Shown here in pieces: positions 31,701 through 45,687 of a stretch of DNA of 64,000 nucleotides. Within the stretch, counting starts at the first letter, position 1. Every line of letters begins with the position of its first letter. The stretch is taken from NCBI GenBank assembly GCA_001642005.1, contig LWCA01000002.1, positions 1-64,000 on the forward strand, written 5' to 3'. A model generated the notes under the pieces. That model did not search any database and had not been told where the DNA came from. It saw only the letters and a list, made by a program, of their open reading frames with translations. The translations under genes were made by a program, and so were the position numbers. Origin of the DNA: Intoshia linei. Lineage: Eukaryota; Animalia; Orthonectida.

Positions 31701-34700
31701 TTATTATAAAATCCAAATTTACAAACCCTTCAGACAGAGGTCCACAAGAATAATTTTAAATAAAATGAAGATAACCTTTTTTAACAATAATATTAAATTA
31801 GAATATTATTCATTATCGGTCATTTATTATTATTATTATTATTAGTGAACGTAAACATCATTTTATTAAAAATCAAGTAAACGAATTATAATGTCATATA
31901 ACCCTATCCACCTCTAGAATTATTAAGTTGACATTTTAAATTTAACTAACAAATTAATTGATATTCAAGAATTTTTTTAATACTCAATATAGTAAATTAA
32001 AGCCTCAATTTAAAAAAAAATTCGTCGAGATTTCTCGGTAGATAGATCTCGGATACGGTAGGTTAGGCACTGGTAGTTCGCCATAAGTATGTTTGAAATT
32101 AATATTTTTTTTTAATTACGGTTTTGAAGCTATCATGTCAAAATGAATGTAAAATTTTCGATTTAAGGAGGAATATATAATAGAAAAATATAACTATTAT
32201 CTTAGTGACGTCTTCATTATTTAAAAAAATTATGTAGTCTTCATACATTTTTTTTGTGACACGTGGACCATGGTACAAAAGTTTGGAAACAACTGCCTTA
32301 AGGTAAGAATCTATAACTTAATATTTTCTTGATAAATGCATTTTTACCAAACCTGACAAGAAAAAGACTCTTAATCAAACCATAATAGAAATAATCCAAT
32401 TTTACAAACCCTAAGGTAAAACCCCTTTTTTTCCAATATTTTTTTAAAAACCAAACCTAATGAAAAAAACACTTAATCCAACACTAAAAGAAAAAATCCA
32501 AATTTACCCACCCTTAAGGGAGAAATCCACTTTTTCTAATTTTATTTTTAAAATTGCGATTTTACCAAAGCATCCGTGAAAAAACTTCTTAATCCTTTCC
32601 TCTCAATCAAATTTCATACAATGCATTTTATATAAATATATATAGTCGCAAGACATTTATTTAAATGAAATTACATATATACCATTTAATTAAGTTTTTA
32701 TCAATCCAATTAAAATTTAAACATATGTCAAAATGTATTAATGTTTTCTAAGTCTTAATAAAAATCTTCATTTTCTAAATATACTTAAAAATTCAAATTT
32801 TTTTAAATATGTATTTTCTACTACATATAATTCTGTCAAAAATTACCCAATTAAAAATATGATTAATATTTACATTAAATTTAATTACTTAGAGAAGCAC
32901 AGGTCTAAAATGGTCATTTCTTTATCAAAATATTTTAAAATCTTGAGAACTATTGTTTACTGAGAAAATATATTTCATTTACACATTGAATCTGTTACAG
33001 TATATTTAAAAACCTCAATTTATAATACAGTTTTTCGCAGGGATGTTAATATCAATTTTTCAGATTCTGCATTTGAGTCCTTCATGGTCAAAAACCCAAT
33101 ATGCCTTATTAATTTTTATTTAATAATAAATTCAGCCCAAAAATTTAAAAAAACAAATTCTGGTACGCATTTTTAAATCATTATCATTGTCGTAAACCTC
33201 AACTTCAGAAACACACATCTTCATGGTGAAAACGGCAAATTACCCTATCATAAAAATAAAAAATGTCTAAAAATTTTATAAAACATAAATTATTGATTTT
33301 TTTAAAATCATAAGCATTATCATAAAACACAACATTGTAAAATTACAAATTTCTTTTTAAATCTCTTCTGTTAATCGAAATTGGCATTTTCAGTATTCTA
33401 AAAAAATGTTAACATTTTTTTTAAGCTAATAGTTAAAATTACTTATCCTTTCTTATAAAAGCTTCAGTAATACTTTTATTTATTTTGGTCATTTTCAAGT
33501 TTATTTTATCTTTTGAGTCAAGAGAATAGTCCATAAAAGTTTTACTACGTTTTGGCGGTATCGTATCAGAGTGTTTATCATTTATTCGACTATGCAAAGA
33601 ATTTATAAATGATTTTCTTCTATTTTTTTCTATATCACTATCGACGACATTTGGTTTGATATAGGAATATGACAACATGGGTTGTGAATATTTTACAAAT
33701 GACTCAAATTTCCTTTTTCTAGATTCATCAGATTTTTCATCTTTAGACATTACAGAATCATTGGTTTTGCTAAAATTGCAATTAAAAATTTACATTAATA
33801 ATTTTTAATGGGGTGTCAATTATGCGGCCCGCGTTATAATATAAATTTTTATTTTTTACACATAATTCTTATTTACCAGTTTTTTCATATATTTTTCATG
33901 ATTTATTTATTATATTTTAATTAATAATTTTAACATTATTTGTACACTTACTCCATTTTTATTGTTTCATATTTCATTTTATGAATTAAAATTATTATAA
34001 ATTAATTAAATTTGTTAGTTTTAACATAATTTTTTTCACATTTGGCCCGCCAAGCAAATTGAGTATGACACCCCTGGTCAAGAACAAACGTTATTTTGAT
34101 TATATCCGAATTAAGCGTCTAAGAATTTTAGTTATTGCATAAATACTAGGTAGTAACATGTTTACTCTAACGTTTAGTAATTTTATGATAATTCAAAAAA
34201 ATTTCCCGAAATCTAAGTAAAATTATAATTATACATGAAGCGTTCGCAAACAAAGAAGGTGCGGGACATATGTATTGTGATATTACTAGTGTTAAGATTA
34301 CACAGACCAGACAGTATAATATACAGTGTATATCCACAATATTTAATTAAAATTGAATTATATAAATTTTTTCCTAGTCCATATAAAATTTACCTAGTTG
34401 GGAAAAACTAGTTAATCTCATACATTGTTATAATAAAAACTCGTTTTACGGATAAATCAATAAAACAATTAAAATTTAAAAATTTTAAAAAAACATTAAT
34501 CAATTCCAATTTCTTTCATTATATCATTTAAAAATCAATATTAAAACGTAATACAAATTTTAAAATAAAAAATTTTGACTGTATTATTAAATCCGGATGC
34601 CAATTGACTTAATTAAACCAATTTCCAATAATTTAAAATGAAATAAAATAAAACCTTTTAGAATCCACCTTATCCATTTTATTTTCGTCACCATTTTGAA

Positions 34701-35061
34701 GCAAATATCGAGCTAAAGGAGAATTTGTATTTTTTTTTAAAAACGGGCTAGATAATTGCAAATTAATGGATCTTTCCAATCTCTCATAAAGTTTATTTGG
34801 ATTTTTATTCAAAAACGACATTGACGAAAGGCTAGTATTAACTCTGGAGTGATTCTTGTCCTGATCATCATTAAAAACGTTGGAATTATTCAATTTTGAC
34901 GAAAACAAATCATGAATTTGATACGTCTTTTTGTGATTCATTTCATTACTAGTATTGCAGAAACTATTGCTCAATTTAGAATCCTTAGAATTCTTTTTAG
35001 ATTCAATATCAAATTCACCAAATCTACGAGTGTTTTTGCTTTTTTTTATATTGGAAAACAT
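28717..35061 (-). CDS. FG-repeat nucleoporin, Nup153/POM121-like, multi-exon
   Basis: Low-complexity S/T/N/K protein with FxF, FG and NPFG repeats (ORF 29258-31087). Spliced last exon ~28717-28793 gives the basic tail KRILNVKRRRDASKH*. Upstream exons at ~31160-31540, 33442-33770 and 34655-35061. Confidence 0.75.
29542..29800 (-). repeat. Coding tandem repeat, 5 x 51 bp (17 aa, KPFS..ETKNPFG)
   Basis: Directly visible in the translation: NKPFSVSETKNPFGSTN, NKPFSLTETKNPFGSSE and so on. Confidence 0.9.
33808..34076. mobile_element. hAT MITE (GGGGTGTCAA-type); related right end at ~15050-15115
   Basis: GGGGTGTCAATTATGCGGCCCGCG ... GCCAAGCAAATTGAGTATGACACCCCTG. Confidence 0.7.
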
Positions 35062-35689
35062 TCGGAAATTAATTTCAATACTTTGACAACATTATTAAAC
35101 CTAAAATATAGTCAACTGATTTTAATTTAAATTTATAATTTACAATATTTGCTAAAGAAAAACATTACCTCAAATCTACATTATAAAACGCATTGTGCGA
35201 AAATAAATTTATAGAGTTGCTATATAACGATAATAGAATACAAATAAATACATTTTATTTTAAAATCATCTGCCTGTTTTATTTAGTTTCAATTTGTCTA
35301 TCAATTTCAATTTTTCCTATATTTTTATAAATAAACTCAGTGTCGTCAAGTTTTGGTTATTTTTACACGAAAAGATAAATAATTGATCGAGTAACTTGAT
35401 TCAAGTTACCTCGTTTAACAAGGCTTGTTATACGAATTGTAAAAGTATATAATTTATTACTAATTTTTTATTAGTTACTGGTTTATATTATAAATTAATT
35501 TTACTTCATGTATGTTTGTTTTTCATTTTTGCACGAAAACTTCGTAACGAAGTTAGTACAGTACTGCACTTTCAGTATCTTAAATTTTATAAAATTTAAT
35601 ATTGTAAAATAAATGACCCACTAACCTAATTAACCTTTACACGTATAAAATTGAATCTCTGTGAGCATATGTTACCGTATATTTAACCG

Positions 35690-38600
35690 GATTATAAACA
35701 CTTCACTTTATAAACATATTTCAGTCGAATTTTACCAATGTTGCAAAGGATTGTAATAATTATAAAAATGATATTAACAAAGTTGTATTACTTTTAGTTT
35801 CTATTTAAATTTGAATTCAAAATATTTTGAAAATGAAAATTTGAAATTTAAAAATTGCGTAGCAATGAAAAAAATTCCGAAGGAATGAATTATATAGATT
35901 TTCACCCATATTTCTTTATTGGAAATGTGTAGACGTTTAATTCACATTTTTTTTGAAATTGTAGGATCAATATTTNCATCATAAAATTATTATTATTTCT
36001 ATTAAAAATTGTTAATATTAGGAGATGTGCCTAATAGTTATTATTTATTTAGTATGATTTATTCCAACTAAATATTATTATAAATAAAAAATATTATAAC
36101 TACATTAGGTTGACTGTTATGTACTACGTACAAACAAGACCTAGCTCTGCCGAGGGCACATTTTTATTATACTTAAAAAATAAATGCACGTGGATAGTTT
36201 AATTTAAAAATCCTACTATTCACTATTATCAATCCTGTAAAGGAGTGGTTCCCAAATTTGTTTCAGGTGAAACCATCATATCACATTACTTTTACTTTAA
36301 AGTGAATTATAGATATCTTAATTTTTTGTTTGTTAACAAACAAGAGTTGAGAAAACAATTTTTATCGCATTTTTTTAATTTATTAGACGGAATGTGTGTA
36401 TAATATTAAAAATATTAAAAAAACAGTCAAATTCTTAAAATTGTCATAAATTCGAGTTTTTAGTAAAATCATAGTCGAATTTTACCAAAATTACAAATTA
36501 TGGTAATAAATATAAAAATGATATTAACAAAGTAGTTTTAGTTTCGTTATTTAGTTTCTATTTAAATTTTATTCAAAATGTTTTGAAAATGATCATTTGA
36601 AATTTAAAAATTGTGTAGCAATGAAAAAAATTCCGAAGGAATGAATTATATAGATTTTTACCCATATTTCTTTATTGAAAATGTGTAGAGGTTCAATACA
36701 CATTTTTTTTTGAAATTGGAGGATCAATATTATTTCAATTTTTATTTTAATCAAAATATTTGAAAAATATTGGTTAATAATATATTAAAAATTATTTTTT
36801 ATTGGGAATGCGTAGATTTCTCGGATTGAACTTTTGTATTTATATCAACTGGAATAAGCTCTATCAAAATAATCTTTTGTTTAATTTTAATTATTTTAAA
36901 TTTTTTGTTTTAATAGAATATTTCGAAAAAAAAAATATGAATACTAAAATGCTTTTTTGACTGTGAAGTCGTGACTTATTCGGATTGAAATTTTATGTGT
37001 GTGTTAGCAGGATACAACTGTACCACCTGTACATTTTTTTAAATTCTAGGGCAGTTTTCATTAAAAAAAGACGGGTAATTTGGGATTTTGGCCATGAAGA
37101 TATAATTGTGTGATCATTGTAACAATTAACAGAACGGAACTAAGATAAATTCATCTTAAATAATTTCCAAATCGGGATTAGAAGTCTAGCCACGTAGAAT
37201 ACAATTACAGTGCAATCGTACTAAGAATCTATCAAGATTAGATAATAACATTTAACTATGATATCTATTAACATATGTATATAACATCTATATGTAAATT
37301 ATATAATTTAGATATAACTGTTAATAAATATGCTTATTTTATTATGTTTCACTTCTGTCAAAGTATGCTGGTAGAATTAAATTTATTGATAAAAGTAAAT
37401 ATTGCTTATATTCGATGAAAAAATATAAGATGATAAAACTTATTATTTTAATTGTATTCATACAAATACTAAATTGTTATATTACTAACAATATTTTATA
37501 ATAATTTTATATTTCAACTTTTATACAGCCCATATGCATCTCAATATTAATGAAAAACGTGTCACGATGAATGCAACCATCGGAATTAATTGTTAAATAT
37601 AGGTACAGTCAAAATCTTATTTAACGATCGTCGAAATTTTATTTTTATTATTATTTTATGCATTTTTGATTAACGTAAATCTTTTAATATCATTGTTTTG
37701 AAGTTTTGAATCATAATTAATTTAAACAATTAATATTATTTAAAATAATTTTATTTTTAGTTTATAAGGCTTATATAAAATTATATGAATTATCGATACG
37801 AGATTATTACATATTTTTTTATTATGTTCAACTTGGTGATGTTTACTTTATATACACTTATGTCATATACATTACTTATAAATATGTGATTTGTAATGAT
37901 GTTTTAAATAATTTTAAATACAATAATGATAATATCCAACTGGTGACAACATTCAAAGTAACAGAAAATTCCAGTTCTCAAGAAGAGCAACATCATGACT
38001 GTAAAAGTTTTTTATATGATGTGCAATTGGAAAAAGATAGGTTTCAGTATTTTTATTAACTTATTTTTATATTATTTTAGGGAATATACAACCAAGTACG
38101 AAAATTGGGTTCAAAAAGATACAGGTTAATAAATCACATTTATATTATTTTTTTGTAGATTGTTATTCATTTACAGTGAAAAATGGAAATGCAGCTAAAT
38201 TAAATTCCATTGAACACTACAAATTAAATGATGTGTATTTAATTGTATGTAATCAGAATTATTTCATTCAAAATTCAACAATTCAATGCCGACAAAGTAA
38301 AACCGGATACGAAGACATTAGAGGATGGATTTTATATCCTACTTGCCGAAGTATGATATATGGCAGGGTCGGCAATCAGTGGCCCGCCAAATAATTTTGA
38401 TGGCCCTTTGAGTAAATATGTATATTATTTATTTTTAAATTTTTATCTTTAAAACACCGCTTTAAACATTTTCTACTATAATTGTCTTATTATAATTATT
38501 TTAATACTGAATTAAAGATCGTTCCGGATTTTATTTTGTTGAATATACTAGAAAGTTTTTCTTCAGTTAAAATTGAAATCTATATGTAAATTTTCAAAAA

Positions 38601-39680
38601 CGAGGCCCATATAATTTTTTGATATAAAAGTGGCTCACGAGATGCAAAAGGTTGCCGACTCCTGATATATAGAAATATTTAAAACATAGTTTATAAATTT
38701 TAGTTGGTAATTAATTAATTTTAGATTAAGATATTTAATCTCATTTTAATTTAATCTGCATCATTTTTTTATATAAAAAAATTTTATAAATTNTTTACAT
38801 TTTCAATTTTTATTTTAATCAAAATATTTGAAAAATATTGGTTAATAATATATTAAAAATTATTTTTCACCGGGAATGCATAGATTTCAGAGGTTGAAAT
38901 GTATTTATATCAACTGGAATCATAGTTTTTTTAATTTTCGAACCGTTAATTATTTCACATTTTTTTTTAATGAAATGTTAATAAAATATTTCGGAAACAA
39001 AATATATAAATACTAACATACTGTTTTGACCGTGAAGGCGTTACTTATTCGGATTAAAAATTATATGTGAGTTAACAGGATTAACTGTACCATCTGTAAA
39101 ATTTTTTAAATTCTAGGGCTGTTTTCATTAAAAAAAAAGTAATTTCGGGTTTTGGCTCTGAAGATATATTTTATTTTAATTTAAATGTATGTTAATGGTT
39201 ATGATTTTAAAAACTATCCCAAAATTTATGTATATAAAAAATTTAGGATATATTTCATTTTTAAAACAAAGGGTGATTTGGGATTTTGACCATGAGAGTA
39301 TGCGTTTCTGAAGCTGAGATTAACGACAATGGTAATTATTTTAAAACGCGTCCCAGAATATGTTTTATTAAATTTTTGGGCGTATTTATGTTTCAAATAA
39401 AAGAGGATATTGGGTTTTATACCCTGAAGGACTTAAATTCTGAAACTAAACAATAATACGTAAATAAAAACACGTCCTGAAAAAACTGTATTGAAATAGG
39501 GTTTTTTTAAATCATGCGACTGTCACTTTTTTCAATAAATGGGTAGCAGACATTGATTTTTTAAGTAAAGGATTCTCTTATTGACATTTCTGTGAATTTA
39601 TTTTTTTAGTATAATGAAAAATGTTTGCCCTCAGTAGAGCTAAGTGCTGTTTGTATGTAGTACATGAGTCAATTCAGTAT
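35690..39680. mobile_element. Cluster of Helitron-family copies (35690-35975, 36105-37105, 38794-39573, inverted end 39620-39680)
   Basis: Long stretches closely similar to 26898-28286, including the hairpin terminus at ~36105-36160. Confidence 0.8.
38364..38664. mobile_element. hAT MITE, 301 bp
   Basis: CAGGGTCGGCAA / TTGCCGACTCCTG; TSD ATATATGG / ATATATAG. Confidence 0.8.
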
Positions 39681-40271
39681 CTCATAAATAAGTAATTTCT
39701 GATTGATTCTATTTTGCTTACAAATGTGCTACGTAAATATAAAATCGCCAGACAAATAATAAGTAAGTAGAATAAGTGTTACAAAACTGGGTTATACTAA
39801 TACAAACGATCAAAATGCACTGCAGTGTACTGAATTATAATTTGTAAACCAAACCACTGATTAGAAAACACTTAAAACAAAAATGGTGTTTAAATAAATT
39901 TAAGTAAATGAATCGTATATGCATAATTGAAACTAATTTCATTACATGAAAATATAATAATTAGAATCTAATTACAGATAACTATGACAAATGTAACAAT
40001 AATATATTGCTAAGATATCAAATCTATTAGACAGGATGAATAAACGCTGCTATTATCAACAATTATTCCACTTTCCAACTTTATTGAGAATTTTTTCCGC
40101 TAGTAAAATTTTAATAAAAGAATAGAATGTTTATTTATTGTAAAATGTATTTATTTATTTACTATTGTAAAAACAAATGAATGATTGTAATTAATTTTTG
40201 TGCATACATTGCGTTTAAAAAATTACTCAAAAAATAGAATTAAACCTATTAACTCATTGAAATTTGAAAAG

Positions 40272-43200
40272 ATGAATGCAAAAAAGCAATTTATCGAATC
40301 CAGTGATGACGAAACTGAACCAGAAAGCTCTGCAGATGGTCCTACACCTCACGAATCTGATTATTTTACATTTGATATTCTAAAAATTGGATGTGAAGAT
40401 ATTGCAAATCAAATGACATTAATTGATAAAAATAATTTTTCAAAAATAGAACCCAACGAATTTCTTAGTTGTTCATGGAACACTCGAGATAAATGTAAAT
40501 TAACCCCAAATATTGTTGCGTTCACTAAACAATTTAATCAGGTATTATTTTAATATTTCCAATTTTTAACCCCATTTAGTATTCATTTATGGTCCAAGAT
40601 GAAATTCTGAAATACAGTATACCGAAAGAACGAGCTGAAGTGATTATGCATTTTATTAGAGTGGCCAAAAAGCTATACGATTTAAACAATTTTAGCGGGT
40701 GCTCAGCCATTGTTAGTGCATTCCAATCAAATTCAATTTTTCGTCTTTCTCTTACTTGGGACCAAGTACCGAAACGAGAATATGGCATTTTTATAAAATT
40801 AACTAGACTTTTCTCGGAGAATAACAACTGGTCGACATATCGTCTTGTCGAGAAAAACGCCAAAACTGCTCTAATCCCTTATATTGTTGTGTACCTTACA
40901 GATTTAATGTATGTTAATGTCGCTTATCCTAAATCTACCATTTTTCAGTCCCACCACAGAAATGATCACCTGGGGAATATTATTAGAACAATTTGCGAAT
41001 TTCAAAAATGTGATTATTCTATCAAAAAAATTCCTTTCTTGCATACTTATTTGAGCTGTGTTCGGTACATTGAAGAAACTAAACTTTTTATAGAAGACGA
41101 TTATTACAAGCTGTCTTTATCTTTGGAACCCAATATTGACGACCAAGTCACGTCTACTCCTAAAAAACCAAAGCATAGTCGTGTTTCTAGTGTTGGAAGT
41201 AATAAACTGTTTAATAACAAGACAAGTACTCCCATTAACTCTAAATTAAGTCAAAGCTTTGCTACTCCAGTCAAAAATTTGATTGATGATAGTGCTGTCG
41301 TTGAATCTCCTTATTTCAGCTGTTATATGCGTAATTATTTAGTTTTTAATTTCAATTTGGTACACATTTGTACTAATTAAAAGTATTAATATAAATTTCA
41401 TTTAGGCGACGAAAGTGTAGGGGATGTTTCATTAACGAGTTCCATTAAAAGAGGGTATTTTAAATTCAACAATTTACTAAGTTTAATATAAATATTATTG
41501 TATTTTCAATTTTTGATAAAGATTTGATTGAGTTTTCAATTTATGTTGATATGTACAGTATTACCTTCCTATAAATAACAGCGAACATGAAAATTTACCT
41601 TGTATAAGGGACACAAGTAAATGTATTTTATCAATAATTCGTGGATTTAGTCTATTTAAAAACTTTTTTTCGGGTGAACCAGGTTACAAAAATTTATAAA
41701 GATGGCAAATTTGGCAATAAACGACATTTGACAGGGTTTTTGGGGGTTTGCCAAATTTTCAAATTATATTTTTTTAGCTTTTATTGGCAATTTATATATG
41801 TAAAATATAAATAATGCATACACTGTAGGGCATACAGAATATTTTTGTTATATTTACAAAGATTTTTGAGGGTTGACCAAATTTTTTAGTCAGTTTTTTA
41901 AGGTTTATTGCAAATTTTTGTATTTAGAATATATAATTCTCTACAGCCATTTTTATTATATTTACCAGGGTTGTTGGGGACGGCCAAATTTAAAAAAAGT
42001 TATCAACGTTTGTTAATGAAATAACAGTAAGCTAAAAATTTTATATATTTGTATATTCAGAATAAAAGTAAAATATACTTTACTAAATTAAATATAATGG
42101 ATAAAGTAAAAATTTAAGCGAAGAAGCAATGTGAAGCAAGTATTTATCTTTCAAAAAGTTAATGTTTATTATTTATTATTAAGTTTATTAAATTGTCACT
42201 TATAATCAGGGGTGGTACCAGCAATGCTGTATTTTGCTGTCTGTACAGCAAGATAAATATAGATATTTATTTATGGTATATAATGTATTTATTTTATTTT
42301 TTTCAGACAATCAAATGTAAAATACGAGGAATTAATATATGAAATTGAAAATTACGTTAAAAGACGAACATATTTTAAAAAAAGTAAAAAAATTATGGTT
42401 CAAAAATGGACAAAATATTGGGCTTGTATTCACGAATCTTGTCTTATTTTTTTTAATTGTAGACACATTTCAGGATTTGCCAAAAAAATTGTAATTATTT
42501 TACCTGAATCAAGATTTATTTACTTGTATACTTGTCCTCGGTTTAGATCAACCATTCTCAATTTTGTTTTTTGATTTTAATTATCTTAATTTTTTCATCA
42601 GTTTTTTGGGGTTCATGAAAAATTATATTTAAATTATTTACAAAAATAAATTAAGAGAAAAATTATATTTCCGCAATGATAGTAATTATATCTAATTAAC
42701 GCCATATAATTTAATATGTATTTTCCATTAAACTAAATATAAGTAAATATATTAACAGTTTTTACTTTAATATTAAGTTTTTAATATATACTGTGGCGAT
42801 GTGAATTTTTTAATTTTAAGACCGATTTTTCAATTTATTAAGATATGTAAATACAATGAATTTATGATTTCAAAAACAATCAAATTATAGTTACAAACCT
42901 AAAAAATCATCATAAAATACTTGAATACCAGAAAAAATGATATTTTAATAACTAGTACAATCTATATAGTTTTTTTTATAATTCGGATGAAGGAGTGGTT
43001 ACCAAACTTTCACTATGGATTAATTGTTAAAAAGTGCAATTTTTAGGGATTGCGATTCATTATAATGATTTTCAGAACTATCCCAGAATTTATGTTTAAT
43101 AAAATTGTGTGACTTTGTTACTTTTATAAAATAAAAAGGTAATTTGGGTTTTGACTATGAAGTGTAAGTTTGTGAGGCTGAGATTTACAACAATGTTAAT

Positions 43201-44251
43201 GACTTTCAAATGCGTTTCAGAATATATTTTTTTTAAAATTTTAGAGCTGATTTTCTGTTTAAAATTATAAAATTATAAAATTGTATGATTGACCCTTCAG
43301 AACTTAATTTGGGAAAATGAAATTTGCGATACTGCATGACTCTGAAAAAACTATATTAGCAAGTGGGGCTTTAATAAACGGTAACACAGACATAAAATTT
43401 TATATAAAAAGAAGATGTAATGTATATACATTTTTTTGGGGTTCACAGGTTTTTATAGTAAATTATCTAATGTTTCATTAAGTTACTTCAAAATACTTAA
43501 ATTATAATAATATATGATTTTATATTTTTGGGTATTACAGTCCAATCCGATTTAGGGTGATATTTTCAGCTAAAGCTCGAAAATAAAATTCTCTGACGTT
43601 CTATTGCAAAAATTTTTATATTAACTTGATAAAAATTATATTAAAATAAATTAAATTAGAGTAAATTAACCTTTAAATTAAATTAAAACTTTTTTTCGGC
43701 GTCACCGCTGAATTATTTTTCATGAGCCACTTTGGCACCCTGGTTTAAATAAGTATTTTGGGTTAATCCTAAGTAAACTAATTTAACACTTTATAATACC
43801 GATTTAGAATCGATCGTCCCCATGTAGAGTGTATAATATAATTGATTGGACCATTACACTCTGCTATGATGATAACAACCCAACAGAATGTGTAAATATA
43901 ACAAACCCTCTAAAAGGAGATACATATCAATTGAAATTTTATACAAAAGAATTAGCCCTGCAATGGTATACATTTTTAAACAAAGCAGCCAAATTACACA
44001 TTAAACTCCTACCTGACAATTTAATTCATTTCGATGACACTAGTACCGAATCAAAAAGTAGTAATGACAATCACAAGGAAGACAAAGAACTTGCTGATAA
44101 ACTTAGAAAAACAAATTTGAATTGTAAAAAGGATAAAGACCATTTTGAAGTACCAACCTCTAAAGTTGTTGCCCAAAGCGTTAAATCTTTAGATAAAAAT
44201 GTAAAGAAAGTTTACAATGAAAATTTTCAATTGATGCTAAAACAAAAGTAA
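40272..44251 (+). CDS. RALGPS: Ral GEF with PH domain (RALGPS1/2-like)
   Basis: CDC25 domain without REM (FDILKI..IANQMTLID..SCSWN..PNIVAFTKQFNQ, FIRVAKKLYDLNN, SIFRLSLTW, LFIEDDYYKLSLSLEP), followed by NLIDDS and PH-domain exons (WTKYWA, NPLKGDTYQL, PDNLIHFD). Confidence 0.92.
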
Positions 44252-44300
44252 TTGTATAGTTAAATTTTAAATGTATTAATTTTATAAAATTTTACAATGT

Positions 44301-45432
44301 TTAGTTTTGTACATGTTTGCGTTTTAAATGTCTTTGAATAATTTGAGCGTTTTGTTCATAAGATATGTCCAATTCATTCTAAATTTTTTTAAATTAAAAA
44401 AATGGCAATATAATACTTCATTTATTTCGTTTAGGTTGCCGTCGATTGTGGAGAGGGTAACTGCACTGTTTTTCCCGAGGTCTGTGATGGTTTTTGTGGT
44501 AACTTTGTAATCGATCTCTGATTTTGCTGTAACAAATGATTTAATCAATGCACCTTTCAAAATAAAGTAGATTCGGGATTCTCGGTCATGTCGATAAAAT
44601 ATCGTTAATTCACACCTAATATGTATTATATTTCAGGATCGGAATGTATAGAAAATTGGTCAACTCACCAATTTGATTTCATTAAAGTTTAATTGAAAAA
44701 AATGTTTGGAATTTTGAGAATTTGAATATATATTTGAGTATCGAACGCATTAATTGTTGTAACTTTAAAATGTTTTAAGATTTTTCGGGTCCAATTCGTA
44801 CGTCGCATACAAATTCAAATCCCATGAAAAATTTACAAATTATCTATTATTATAACCAAATGAAATATATTTATATTGACTTATTACTATCGAGGGTTAA
44901 ATAAAATTCCAAGCTGGCATTTTTTACTTATTACATGTACCCCAATAAGTATTTTATCATGGTTAGGAGACATTATACTAGAAAGGTTACAAGCCTTTCA
45001 AAATGTACATAATAGAATTTACTGAATGCACTTGTCCCTAAATTGTTGTTCGATTCCATTTTCTCTTCTAATGTAAACAATTCCACTATATTTAGTGCTA
45101 AATTTATTTTTATGTAAATTTCCATCAACAACGATAGCACCATCCTTTTTTCGTTTTGGTAATAGATTTAAAGGTCTTTCTAAAAGTAAAATTATTTACA
45201 TTAAAATCACATTAAAAACTTTTAAAAATAGAAAGAAATAACATAAAATTGTCATAATTAATTATAATTACTAATTACATAGTGCTCTAGAATTTTTATT
45301 ATATATCACGATACACTTTCATTTATTACCTATAATTCCGCACAATTTTCCGCATAAACAGTTGTATGAGTATGTTTCACCACGAGATACATACTGCGAC
45401 TTTTTCGTTTTCAAATTTGTAACATTTGACAT
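44301..45432 (-). CDS. STEEP1: STEEP1/CXorf56 (UPF0428) homologue, 4 exons
   Basis: YNCLCGK, LLPKRKKDGAIVVD, YIRRENGIEQQFRDKCI|QCELTIFY, TKTITDLGKNSAVTLSTID and SYEQNAQIIQRHLKRK match CXorf56 motifs. An additional 5' exon is possible. Confidence 0.9.
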
Positions 45433-45687
45433 TGGTTAAATTTTAAATCCACAAATAACAAAAAAATTAATTTTTTTTAAAATATCAACCATAGCAACAT
45501 TTTCTCCATGGATAATGAATAATTTATGTAAATTTTTTGGAAATAAATTACAAATACATTTTTCAATACTATAACTCCTAGTCCCGGTTTGTGGAAAAGT
45601 GACTAAATAAATTTGAGATTACGCATTGTTTGCGAAAATGTTTTTGCCATATTTTTGATTTTTGGGGAGATGTGGCTCAATCATGGT

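Noticed and set aside
35101-35280. Upstream exon that might encode a POM121-type transmembrane helix
   Set aside because: All three frames either stop or lack an ATG; treated as 5' UTR.
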